From positions 1 through 64,000 of the IMG/VR virus record IMGVR_UViG_3300032040_000005: a stretch of 64,000 nucleotides of DNA; one strand, written 5' to 3'. Shown here in pieces: positions 54,223 to 63,452 of the stretch (positions are counted from its first letter, which is position 1; every line of letters begins with the position of its first letter). Origin of the DNA: a virus (lineage: Duplodnaviria; Caudoviricetes). The notes beneath the pieces were generated by a model. It had not been told where the DNA came from, did not search any database, and worked only from the letters and a program-made list of their open reading frames with translations. A program made the translations under genes and the position numbers.

Positions 54223-54812
54223 AATGCTGACGCCTGTATGAACAGGTCATCTAGTTGTGTATCTGTCAACCCCAACGCTGCACCTAATAGTGACACTAAT
54301 TGTTTACCTCTATCCACATACTGAGAGTATTCCCATTCAATAGTCGCATTGGTTTTGTCCGGCTCCGTCATAGCTGCTAACGCACCTTCCACATCTTGCA
54401 GCAAAGCGTTAACCGCCAAAGCCAGTCTGGCCTGCCTCATGGTCACCCTGTCAGGTGTTATATTGGTCGGGTAATATGTGAGGTCGGGTACATCGGTATT
54501 GACCCAGTAGTCGGCCAGTACTTTTGCCAGTTTCTTCAGCATTGAATGCTGGGCTTCATTTTCTGGGTCACCCTGTAATGAGGCAATCTCACTACCAAAT
54601 GTCGGGTAGTGTGTTTTCATAATCTCTTCAATAATGGTGTTACGATCCGACAACTTATCAACACGAGCCGTTTGGTACGTATATGCAGTCTCAGCGGTAC
54701 CCTCTACATTCGTTCGTGACAGCACCTTTTTATTAAAGTTAATCAAGAGTCTGCGACCCATGACTTGATACGTGTTCAGCTCTACTGGGGATTCTGTCGT
54801 TGAGTTAGACAT
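54219..54812 (-). CDS. DGR-adjacent / tail-fibre-associated protein
   Basis: 197 aa overlapping the RT stop; C-terminal VTMRQARLAL...IEWEY...LGLTDTQLDDLFIQA is typical of tail-associated small proteins. Confidence 0.6.
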   Translation of the reverse strand: MSNSTTESPVELNTYQVMGRRLLINFNKKVLSRTNVEGTAETAYTYQTARVDKLSDRNTIIEEIMKTHYPTFGSEIASLQGDPENEAQHSMLKKLAKVLADYWVNTDVPDLTYYPTNITPDRVTMRQARLALAVNALLQDVEGALAAMTEPDKTNATIEWEYSQYVDRGKQLVSLLGAALGLTDTQLDDLFIQASAL

Positions 54813-55764
54813 TCATTAGTACCTCTCTTCCTGGTTGCCAAAGTCCTTTATTGTTTAATGGTTTTATCCACCCCCAATAAGCGGTAATACTCATTATCCA
54901 TTTAATACGCACAGACTCCAGATATCTATATTTTATAGTAGCGCGTAGACGAGTACAGTCGCTGAAAAAGACGTACCCACAAAAATCTAAACCATTGCTG
55001 GCCAGGGATTGAATAATCCAAGTGGGTTTAATTATAAGTCCTAGTTTATTCACCTGTTGCTCAATTCTTTTTTGTGCTGACCTTAACCATTTTTTACAAG
55101 AACCCAATACAATAAGATCATCGCAGTAACGGAAGTAATACTTCACTTTTAAGTTTTGTTTTGCGTACCAATCCACAGTAGATAAAACCATATTACCCAG
55201 CATCTGGGATATGTAATTGCCTATGGGGAGCCCTTCAACACTTTCAATAATATTATCCAGCAATACGAGAGTACGTGGGCATTTTATATGACGCCGAACG
55301 CATAGCTTGCTGATCTGCTGTTTCACCGATGGGTAGAACTTCTTAATGTCCATTTGCAGATAGTAGGTAGGCCTGCCTTTCCGTATGGCTTTCTGCACAC
55401 GTCGTCGTGCGTCTGAGGTGCCACGGCCCTTCAGTGATTGAAAAGTGTCCCTTATCAGTGAACGTTTCCAGATATCACCAACAACTTGCATAATGGCGTG
55501 GTGAACAATTCGATCTGGGAAATAAGGCAGTACGTGTATCACACGAAGCTTACTGCCTTCTACCCGTTCCATAACGCGATACTCGTTGGTTTGATACGTA
55601 CCATTCATAAGTTGATCGTGTAGCTGCTGGAGGTAAAACTCCTCGTGCTTATTAACCTCCACCACTTCTTTATAATGGCCCTTACCTTTTGAGGCTTTTT
55701 TATGAGCCTCATGTAAATTGTCCATAGATGCGATTTCATCAAAAAGATTACCGTACCGTTTCAT
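54805..55764 (-). CDS. DGR reverse transcriptase
   Basis: 319 aa; FPDRIVHHA, MDIKKFYPSV, GLPIGNYISQ (DGR [IVL]GxxxSQ signature), YFRYCDD, GLDFCGY. Confidence 0.96.
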   Translation of the reverse strand: MKRYGNLFDEIASMDNLHEAHKKASKGKGHYKEVVEVNKHEEFYLQQLHDQLMNGTYQTNEYRVMERVEGSKLRVIHVLPYFPDRIVHHAIMQVVGDIWKRSLIRDTFQSLKGRGTSDARRRVQKAIRKGRPTYYLQMDIKKFYPSVKQQISKLCVRRHIKCPRTLVLLDNIIESVEGLPIGNYISQMLGNMVLSTVDWYAKQNLKVKYYFRYCDDLIVLGSCKKWLRSAQKRIEQQVNKLGLIIKPTWIIQSLASNGLDFCGYVFFSDCTRLRATIKYRYLESVRIKWIMSITAYWGWIKPLNNKGLWQPGREVLMNV

Positions 55765-55879
55765 AGCTATCCTTTAATGCTATACAGCGCCCAAGCGTTT
55801 CAGACCAACACGGTTTACTAAGCTTTTGTGGGATGCGTTTACGCCTTTCGGCGGGATTCTTTGTTTTCCAATATTCTAT

Positions 55880-55995
55880 AGCAAGCTGCCTGGCGATACT
55901 CCGATTCCGATTGCCTGAGCCATTATTCACATTGACGTAAGAAGGACTGACATTCGTACCATTCGAGGTGTTACCACCTACATGAGCTATCTTCC
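55880..55995 (-). repeat. DGR template repeat (TR)
   Basis: In the VR frame it is AAT/AAC-rich (GGNTSNGTNVSPSYVNVNNGSGNRNRSIARQLA); followed by a spacer with a CGCC-GAAA-GGCG hairpin before RT. Confidence 0.96.
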
Positions 55996-56052
55996 GTGCC
56001 TAACAAAGAACCCCTCATTTTAAGTCATTATTCTCCTTAATTATTTAATAGA

Positions 56053-59000
56053 TTATTGAATTTTGGAAAAAGCAAGCCGCCCGGCGATACCCCGATACCG
56101 AAGGCCCGAGCCATCAGTCACACCGACGCAAGAAGGACCGACATCCGCACCATGCGAGGCGCTACCACCCACAAGAGCCATCCTCCAGCCTGAAGACTGG
56201 TAGTAATAATCAGCAAACGCGGTAGATGAATTACCGCTTGAATCGGTTACAACATCACCGAGGGTATTATGCTGCACATTGCGGATATAACCATTAGCAC
56301 CTGGTGCAGCTACACCCAGTTGTGTGTACCCGACAGTGGTATCATCAACGAAGCTGGCGATGTCATTACTGACATACCATACCCGTGCATTGACGTTAAA
56401 CCCGTCGCAGAATTGCCAAGCGTTACCCCAGAAGTTTTCGATACCCCGGTAATTCATCCATGCAGTATCTCGTACAGAACTAACCACGCCACCTGAACCA
56501 TTACCAATAATATTGGATTTACCAGCGACCGAGTGAGGTGAATCTGTTTGACTGGATGACGAAGCCGGATACCCTGTGCTAACACTGTTGTTACCGGCTG
56601 CTAAGAGTGCTTGACCGTCGAACCCACCGTACTCCACAAAGAACAGCAGTTTTATCAAGGACCACTGCCAGAACGTCATCTGCGACCAATTGGAGCCCCG
56701 GTTACTGGCCAATTGTCGCATCTGTGCGCGGGTCACACCAACCATCGGATACTTACCAGATACAGAACCTAAAACATCAGCCGTGTAGTCTACTCTTGAA
56801 TCATTGTTGTCGAGGTTCAGACCATCAATGTATGTTAGACCACTGGTGTCATACACGGATGCATGATACGCACCTACATAGATCGCCTGCTTTTCGCTTG
56901 ATGGGTTGGTGTAATACCACATGTCTACAGCAGGGTCGCGTTGTAACGTACCACCGATTGCGAATGCAGGGTGCAACACAAAACCTGATCTAGGGTAATC
57001 ACTGATTTCCCGCTTAACATCACCATTAAATAGTGTGGATACCCGTACATAACACTTGGGGATTTCAACCATGACCTGACCATCGGTACCATCCAGAACG
57101 GCAGCAGTCCCGTCGGCTTTCAGCGTTGAGTCGTTCAGGCTAAGGTAATAGTTCACCGTGCCATCATCATTCAACAGGCAACGACGCATCCGTTCGTGGA
57201 TCTGTGTGACACCTGTGGAACCGGCATATCTGCTGTATACGTCTGAAGTTGGGTCCCAAACCATATTGGCAGAGATTCTTGGTTCATAACGATTATCCCC
57301 TACCAGCTGTATAACAGACGCATCCGGATACTTGTCTGCTGTACCTGATTCAGCTTCAGCAAAGGTGGCTTTCTCAACAGAACCTGCCGCCTCAGTGGTG
57401 GCTAAGCCGGCCACTTTAAGCCATGCAGTGCCTGAGTAGACCCGCACCTCGTTGGCAACCGTATTGAAGTAGAGATCCCCGGGCGTAACATTTACCGTAG
57501 GCGCTGACGCCAGTGGCCCATGATATTGGTTCTGAAACGTGGTCAGTGAGCTTGCGGCATTGGTTGCACTGGTACTTGCGGCAGAGGCCGAGCCAGAAGA
57601 GTTACTCGCAGACGTGGCGGCATTACTGGCAGAGGTACTGGCATTGGATGCAGACCCTCCGGCATTGGTTTCAGACGTTGCCGCGTTGGTTTCGCTGGTA
57701 GACGCTGCCGTAGCACTGGCACCACCCTTGGAAGCATAGTGCCGGCCCGAGAACTTACCCGTCTCAACGGCAACATCAACAGCCGCATTGGCCCAGTTAT
57801 CGGCTTTGGTTTCACTGGTGGTTGCGTTGGTTGCAGAGGTGCTGGCATTAGAGGCTGAAGTAGCTGCGTTAGTTTTGCTTGTCGCAGCGGCTGAGGCTGA
57901 ACCCGTTGCGTTGGTTTCACTCGTTTTAGAGGCCGTCTCTGACGCACTGGCCTTGGCTGCGTGATGCAGAGCAGAGAACTTGCCTGTCTCTACAGCGGTG
58001 TTTTCCAACGCTTCAGCCCACTGGTTCGCTTTGTTCTGAGACCCCAGAGCAGCGGTCTCAGAGTTGCCCGCGTTGGTTTCCGAGGTGCCTGCATTACCTT
58101 CGGAGATATAAGCTGCACTGGCAGAACCAGAAGCGTTGGTTTCACTGGTGCTGCTGGCGGTCTGTGATGCCGCTGCTGCGGTCTCACTGGCTTTAGCGGC
58201 AGTTGCTGCCGTGGTGGCAACATCTTCCGGTGCCACCCAGAAAGAGCCGGAGTAGAACTTCAGGAAATTATCCGTGGTATTGAAATACACCGCACCGGTT
58301 ACCAAAGCATTACCGTCGTTGTCCACGGTTGGGTCCGAGGCTTTATCCCCCAGGTACTGATCACCGAACTGATCGAACAGACTCTCAGCACTGTTCTTAG
58401 CCGCGACGGCACCGGTCTCTGCCGTCTGTGCAGCGGTCGCTGAACTGCTGGCCGCACTGGCGCTGCCACTGGCATTGGTTTCGCTGGTCGCAGCATTACC
58501 GGCAGATAGGGAAGCTGCTGACTCAGAACCAGACGCATTGGTCTCCGATAGAGCAGCGGCAGTCTCAGAGCCACTGGCGTTGGTTGCACTGACACCCGCA
58601 TTGGTCTCGCTCAGCGCCGAAGCAATGGCCGAGTCCTCTGACTTGATGGCGTGGTGCAAAGAAGAATACTGACCCGTCTCAACGGCCACATCTTCCAGTT
58701 CCTCTGCCCACTTCTCTGATTTGTTCTCAGATGCCAGGGCGCTAGATGCGGAACTATCGGCTGCGGTGCGATCTTGTCCAGTGGCCACCCGATCTGTAGC
58801 CGTAGCGTCGGAGTCCTGCTGCGTCACTACTCGGTCGGCGGCAGTGGCGGTTGCATCATCACCTGTGGCACTCCTGTCTATACCTGTTTGAGCTGCATCA
58901 GCAGCCGTATCCAAGGTGTCTTGGTTGGTAGCAACTCGATCCAACCCCGTCTGTACTGCATCAGCAGATGTATCAACTCGATCCAAGTTAGTTTGGAAGC

Positions 59001-59691
59001 GGTCTGCTGCTGTATCCAAGGTATCTTGGTGGGTGGCTGCTAAGTCAGCAGCCGTATCTATCGTGTCCTGATTCGTTGCAACGAGGTCAGCTCCTGTCGC
59101 CACAACAGCGTTATCAGCATTAGTTTCACTGACCGCTGACGCATCTTCGGAGGCCTGGGCAGCGACCACATTGGCGTCTGTTGCTGCTTTGTTGGTGGCC
59201 ACTTCCGCCCGATCCGCTTCAACGGCATCACGAGTAGCATACAAGGCGTCCAGAGCCTCAGCCGGAACGGTATTACCATCCAATACAAACGACCCTTCTG
59301 GTTGATCCAGTTGCACACGAACGGTCTGATCCAGTATGTCTACCAAGCTTTGCGCCTCGGTTAAAACACTGATTCGTCCGTTCAGGAGAGTGATTTCTTT
59401 CCCGTTAAGCTGACGTCTTAGGTTCAGGTAGTAGTGGCCTTGGGACAAACCCGCTGTCAGAGTTTTATCCAGAACTATGTAGAAAGTACCCAGGACCGCA
59501 TCGGCTGGGTAAATCGTAAGTGACGGGATATACAGTTCAGCGTCTGTATCAACCGTAAGCGGATTACGCTTCAGGGTGACTTCCAGACCCCAGTTGGTAA
59601 TGTCCGATGGGTTGTTAGCCTCATCGGTTACCGTAAATCGGGCTGCAAAGTCATCGCCCTGATATACTTTAAAAAGTGTCTGGTCTTTCAT
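56053..59691 (-). CDS. tail fibre with C-terminal CLec-type DGR-variable domain
   Basis: N-terminal attachment-like domain, long Ala/Thr/Ser-rich repeats, C-terminal GIENFWGNAWQFCDG...LVGG....G...G...GRL motif of DGR targets. Confidence 0.9.
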   Translation of the reverse strand: MKDQTLFKVYQGDDFAARFTVTDEANNPSDITNWGLEVTLKRNPLTVDTDAELYIPSLTIYPADAVLGTFYIVLDKTLTAGLSQGHYYLNLRRQLNGKEITLLNGRISVLTEAQSLVDILDQTVRVQLDQPEGSFVLDGNTVPAEALDALYATRDAVEADRAEVATNKAATDANVVAAQASEDASAVSETNADNAVVATGADLVATNQDTIDTAADLAATHQDTLDTAADRFQTNLDRVDTSADAVQTGLDRVATNQDTLDTAADAAQTGIDRSATGDDATATAADRVVTQQDSDATATDRVATGQDRTAADSSASSALASENKSEKWAEELEDVAVETGQYSSLHHAIKSEDSAIASALSETNAGVSATNASGSETAAALSETNASGSESAASLSAGNAATSETNASGSASAASSSATAAQTAETGAVAAKNSAESLFDQFGDQYLGDKASDPTVDNDGNALVTGAVYFNTTDNFLKFYSGSFWVAPEDVATTAATAAKASETAAAASQTASSTSETNASGSASAAYISEGNAGTSETNAGNSETAALGSQNKANQWAEALENTAVETGKFSALHHAAKASASETASKTSETNATGSASAAATSKTNAATSASNASTSATNATTSETKADNWANAAVDVAVETGKFSGRHYASKGGASATAASTSETNAATSETNAGGSASNASTSASNAATSASNSSGSASAASTSATNAASSLTTFQNQYHGPLASAPTVNVTPGDLYFNTVANEVRVYSGTAWLKVAGLATTEAAGSVEKATFAEAESGTADKYPDASVIQLVGDNRYEPRISANMVWDPTSDVYSRYAGSTGVTQIHERMRRCLLNDDGTVNYYLSLNDSTLKADGTAAVLDGTDGQVMVEIPKCYVRVSTLFNGDVKREISDYPRSGFVLHPAFAIGGTLQRDPAVDMWYYTNPSSEKQAIYVGAYHASVYDTSGLTYIDGLNLDNNDSRVDYTADVLGSVSGKYPMVGVTRAQMRQLASNRGSNWSQMTFWQWSLIKLLFFVEYGGFDGQALLAAGNNSVSTGYPASSSSQTDSPHSVAGKSNIIGNGSGGVVSSVRDTAWMNYRGIENFWGNAWQFCDGFNVNARVWYVSNDIASFVDDTTVGYTQLGVAAPGANGYIRNVQHNTLGDVVTDSSGNSSTAFADYYYQSSGWRMALVGGSASHGADVGPSCVGVTDGSGLRYRGIAGRLAFSKIQ
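56071..56186 (-). repeat. DGR variable repeat (VR)
   Basis: Encodes RMALVGGSASHGADVGPSCVGVTDGSGLRYRGIAGRLA at the target C-terminus. Confidence 0.96.
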
Positions 59692-59788
59692 AAAAATACC
59701 CCTAACCGTTAATCAACAATCAGGGGTTATGGTAAAGGAATGGTTTTGGGGTTGCCTATTTAATTTACGGCAACTCGAATACTGCTTT

Positions 59789-60889
59789 CTACAGTATTCG
59801 AGTTGCCGTTAGCATTAGGGTGACTGTGCCAGTATACCAAGTGCTACTACTGTTGGTATTGCTAGCAGTTATTTTCATTGTGCCCTGCGTTACTCTCATA
59901 TTAATTGTCATTATTGGCACAATAACATCTACCGGTTCTGATGCTCTTATGACTCCTAGTGTACTAGCAGCGGAAAGAATACCGTTAGAATTGGTAATTG
60001 TAGCTGTAAAAAGGTAAACACCTTCAGAGGGAATATACCCTAACGTCACCGATGAACCACCTCTAAACTCCCATACATTTTTACTGAAATTTTGTGTGTT
60101 CTGTATTCCGCTTATAGCCAAGTCCTTGTATGTATCTGCAATAGTCTTAGTACCTTTTTTTATTAAACCTCTTCCATTCATTAGACTTAATTGGTAATTA
60201 CCTGGCGTAGCCACACTATTAATAAACTGTACTCTCATTCCACCACTTAGCTTTCCTTGGTAATCAATCGAATTCATTAACTCCCCAAAACACAGAAAAG
60301 GTACACTACTCAATTCAACACCACCAACATTAAAAGTATTTTTTGTTATCTCAATACTTGTTCTTGAAAACCTAAAACTATCTAGAGTATCTACACCTTT
60401 AATATCTACATCAAAGGCCACAAAGTATAAGGAATTCATTGGGTTTTGACTCCGTATCCCCAACTGCCTTGTACTAGGTAACCAGTTATTTTGTCTGCTT
60501 CTACCATCAGAGTATACAAAAGTACCTGTAGTCAGTAGACCTCCGTAGCTCTGGTCTACTTCTACAGCCCTATTCATTTGGATAGTGTCATTTACAAAAG
60601 CAATAAAAGTACGTCGGTTCCCTGTCGCACTCCCAAATAGGTAATTTTTAAGTAGAGTCATTGTTGGGGAATTGCTAAGTGTAATTGCGATTTCATACAT
60701 TCCGTCACTGCCATGGGTGTATGCGTATTCGCTTGGGTCAGGGTCAAATACCTGAAATCCTGTATAGTTTATATCGCTGTGAAGGACTGTATTAGTTGTA
60801 GGCTGACCTTTAATTATTGATAGGTCAGTGTATCCCCGAGTTAAATGCAAAAGTGGTTTACCATTTTCTTTACCAATAAAAATACTCAT
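59789..60889 (-). CDS. receptor-binding protein, T5 pb5-like
   Basis: N-terminus MSIFIGKENGKPLLHLTRG...PTTNTVLHSD matches the pb5 pattern MSFFAGKLNNKSILSLRRG...PDSQTIFHSD (recalled); AT-richer than flanks. Confidence 0.65.
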   Translation of the reverse strand: MSIFIGKENGKPLLHLTRGYTDLSIIKGQPTTNTVLHSDINYTGFQVFDPDPSEYAYTHGSDGMYEIAITLSNSPTMTLLKNYLFGSATGNRRTFIAFVNDTIQMNRAVEVDQSYGGLLTTGTFVYSDGRSRQNNWLPSTRQLGIRSQNPMNSLYFVAFDVDIKGVDTLDSFRFSRTSIEITKNTFNVGGVELSSVPFLCFGELMNSIDYQGKLSGGMRVQFINSVATPGNYQLSLMNGRGLIKKGTKTIADTYKDLAISGIQNTQNFSKNVWEFRGGSSVTLGYIPSEGVYLFTATITNSNGILSAASTLGVIRASEPVDVIVPIMTINMRVTQGTMKITASNTNSSSTWYTGTVTLMLTATRIL

Positions 60890-60899
60890 AAATTAGCTC

Positions 60900-62507
60900 C
60901 TAGCCTATATAGATGAACTTATTATCTAGGTCCACCACAAAGTCCCCAGAAGCAGATGACATTTTTCCCGCAGTAACCTCACCTAAATCGGCTGTAATTG
61001 CAGCCAATGCCGTGACGTTTACCTCATCTGCTATTATTTTTTTACCTCTGAAATTCTCAGCGGTAAGGTCAAACACAACTGCTTTGTTCATGAAGACTTC
61101 GCCATTCGCAACAATAAAGGGGTATGTTTTACTGCCTAGCTTACCAATCCAGAATCTATCAACATCAAAGCCAGCTTCAACGGTGCCTGTGCCACTGTCC
61201 GTGGCCAACCCAAAACCACCTACAAGCGTATTGCCATTAATGTCCACCTGTACCTTCACGGTGTACTCAGCGCTCAGGACATCTAACGCATCCTTGTAGC
61301 TCACCATCCGTTGCTCAACGTTGGCTGTACCACCCTCACCATCGACAATCTGTACACCCTTCACCACTTCAGCGACAGAAGACATACCGAGCCAAGTGCC
61401 GCCACCTGCGGTACACAGTGCCCGTGTGTTCTTTGCAGCGTCAGGGTGTCCGTCGATCATGCAGAAACCGACCTGGGTGTTGCTGAAGTCCTGTACTGTG
61501 CCTGCCACCGTGTTACCGATGTACATATCCATAAGGGACCATAAATCACCGTCCCATACGTAACCCTGGTCTCCATCAGCAGAGTCAAACCAGACATCAT
61601 CAAGGTTCTGGGCAATAGGGGCACCCACCTGACGAAACACGTTCAACCCTTGTTGAGCCTTCTCCACGTCCCAGGCATTACCACTCCAGCGGTACAACGT
61701 ATTACCGTCATCAATGTCTACCCACAGATCATTCCGGTAAGTTGTAGAATCCGGTGGCGGTGTCGTCTGGAAAAACACCTGAGCCTTACGACCTACAGAC
61801 GCTTCCAATGTGTCTATGCTTTGAGCCATAGCCGTATCAGCATTAGCACGTGCAATCACTTCTTGCGTGATCAGCGCCATGCTCTGGTCAGCGACAGCAC
61901 CTACCACATTGATTTGCTGGATCTGTGCTGAATCACTTGTTTCTAAACGTGCAACCTCATTAACAAGAACCGTACCTACACCGTCTACCTGTGTCTGGAA
62001 ATCTGCCAGGGCAATCAACAACTCTTCATATTGAACTTGAGAATTAGAGATATTGGTTAACAGGTCTGCACGTATGGACTCAATTCTATTTATTTCTGAA
62101 CTCAGTGATGTTGCCAGTTGGCCTTGTGAGATCTGACCACTTAACATCGCTATAGTTTGTTCAATAGTAGGACGTGCCATAGCAGAAGCAGGCCCAGTCA
62201 AATCACCTACCGTACCGTTCACAGATACAATCTCGATCCAGTAGTAATAACGGATGGCCGCACTTGGGTCTATTCTGTCGTAATGGATTTCACCCGTAAC
62301 CGTCTTTAGTTTTACTTTAGTTAATGGATCAGCATTACTACTACGATATAGCAGTACATGCGAGACTGCCTCCGGCAGTAATTGTGGATATGTCCAAAAT
62401 ACATCTATACCTCCAAACGCAGGTACAGCTTGTAATATTGAGTTATTTAAATCAGGATCACCAGGCTTCGGGAAGTTACCGAAACCTGTTCCGCACGAAT
62501 CAGCCAT
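60900..62507 (-). CDS. tail spike/fibre with gpJ-like (DUF1983-type) C-terminus
   Basis: N-terminal fibronectin-like YYYWIEIVSVNG, coiled coil, C-terminal YTVKVQV...GGFGL...FDVDRF...PFIV.NGEVFM...LAAITADLG. Confidence 0.8.
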   Translation of the reverse strand: MADSCGTGFGNFPKPGDPDLNNSILQAVPAFGGIDVFWTYPQLLPEAVSHVLLYRSSNADPLTKVKLKTVTGEIHYDRIDPSAAIRYYYWIEIVSVNGTVGDLTGPASAMARPTIEQTIAMLSGQISQGQLATSLSSEINRIESIRADLLTNISNSQVQYEELLIALADFQTQVDGVGTVLVNEVARLETSDSAQIQQINVVGAVADQSMALITQEVIARANADTAMAQSIDTLEASVGRKAQVFFQTTPPPDSTTYRNDLWVDIDDGNTLYRWSGNAWDVEKAQQGLNVFRQVGAPIAQNLDDVWFDSADGDQGYVWDGDLWSLMDMYIGNTVAGTVQDFSNTQVGFCMIDGHPDAAKNTRALCTAGGGTWLGMSSVAEVVKGVQIVDGEGGTANVEQRMVSYKDALDVLSAEYTVKVQVDINGNTLVGGFGLATDSGTGTVEAGFDVDRFWIGKLGSKTYPFIVANGEVFMNKAVVFDLTAENFRGKKIIADEVNVTALAAITADLGEVTAGKMSSASGDFVVDLDNKFIYIG

Positions 62508-62616
62508 GTTACTACCTCATACCGAATACATAATGTGACTTCATTGTACGAGGTTGTCATATAACTATTTTGAAATATCACTCACGCACTAACCTTGAAA
62601 CCAATGGAAACCGATT

Positions 62617-63357
62617 ATGAACGTTGATTACCTAGACCACATGGGAACAGACTTGACCGTAGTTAATGCTGCACGAGTTTCATTCGATACCGTATCCACA
62701 GAACTGAGTAAGAAAGACATCGGACTTATTAACTTCCTGGCACGTGGCTGTATGTCCAAAGACTGGGATGCTGCTGTCAAAGATATGCTAGGACGGACTA
62801 ACAATCCTGATGACATTAATGAAGTTGAAGGGATGCTCAAGTGGGCCAAGAACATGCCCACCCACTGGTCACCCTTCGCACACGCCATGATCTCTATGCG
62901 TGAAACCGTACCCATCTTCGTAGCCCGTCAACGCTTCAAGCACATGGTTGGCTTCACGTACAATGAAACGAGTCGTCGCTATGTTGATGATACGCCTGAG
63001 TTTCATGTACCTGACGTATGGCGTGCTCGCCCTGTAGGCGGTATCAAACAGGGTAGTGGTGGTGTTCATGCAGCTAACGATTATCAACAAGGACAGTACG
63101 CAAGTTTTTGTGAGCACGCGCTGGACCTCTACCATTCCATGATTGAACAGAACGTGGCACCTGAACAAGCACGTATGGTTCTGCCGCAATCCATGCTCAC
63201 CACTTACTGGGTAACCGGTTCGTTGTATGCCTGGGCCAACGCCTATATCCAGCGAAGCGATGCACACGCACAAGTTGAAATACAAGACTTGGCCAAACAG
63301 TGGAATACTATTATAGAACCTCTGTTCCCACATTCCTGGGCTGCACTCACACAATAA
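62617..63357 (+). CDS. thyX: FAD-dependent thymidylate synthase
   Basis: VVNAARVSF, HWSPFAH, ARQRFKH...NETSRRY, EQARMVLP, HAQVEI. Confidence 0.95.
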   Translation: MNVDYLDHMGTDLTVVNAARVSFDTVSTELSKKDIGLINFLARGCMSKDWDAAVKDMLGRTNNPDDINEVEGMLKWAKNMPTHWSPFAHAMISMRETVPIFVARQRFKHMVGFTYNETSRRYVDDTPEFHVPDVWRARPVGGIKQGSGGVHAANDYQQGQYASFCEHALDLYHSMIEQNVAPEQARMVLPQSMLTTYWVTGSLYAWANAYIQRSDAHAQVEIQDLAKQWNTIIEPLFPHSWAALTQ

Positions 63358-63407
63358 AATAAGAAATACCCATACCCACTTAGATACCCTAGTAGGTTCA
63401 CCCACAG

Positions 63408-63438
63408 AAGGTCAGTAGATTACTGACCTTTTTATTTT
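63408..63438 (+). terminator. rho-independent terminator
   Basis: AAGGTCAGTA-GAT-TACTGACCTT-TTT. Confidence 0.8.
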
Positions 63439-63452
63439 GTTTTGGAGACATT

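Larger units (their letters stand above)
54805..59691 (-). mobile_element. diversity-generating retroelement (target-VR / TR / RT)
   Basis: 116-nt TR/VR pair with 22 mismatches, all at TR adenines, next to a DGR-class RT. Confidence 0.97.

Noticed and set aside
54805-55764. RT as group II intron, retron or Abi-type RT
   Set aside because: Short, no maturase/endonuclease extension, has the DGR IGxxxSQ motif and an adjacent A-specific TR/VR pair.
55748-55930. 60-aa ORF MNNGSGNRNRS...
   Set aside because: It is the open frame of the template repeat and spacer, not a protein gene.
57500-59200. Repetitive DNA as possible CRISPR array
   Set aside because: Repeats are degenerate, in frame and encode Ala/Thr-rich fibre repeats; no constant repeat with unique spacers and no cas genes.
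59789-62507. Second DGR variable repeat in the other tail genes
   Set aside because: No TR-like segment seen at their C-termini or elsewhere by eye; a formal self-BLAST of TR against the full genome is still advisable.
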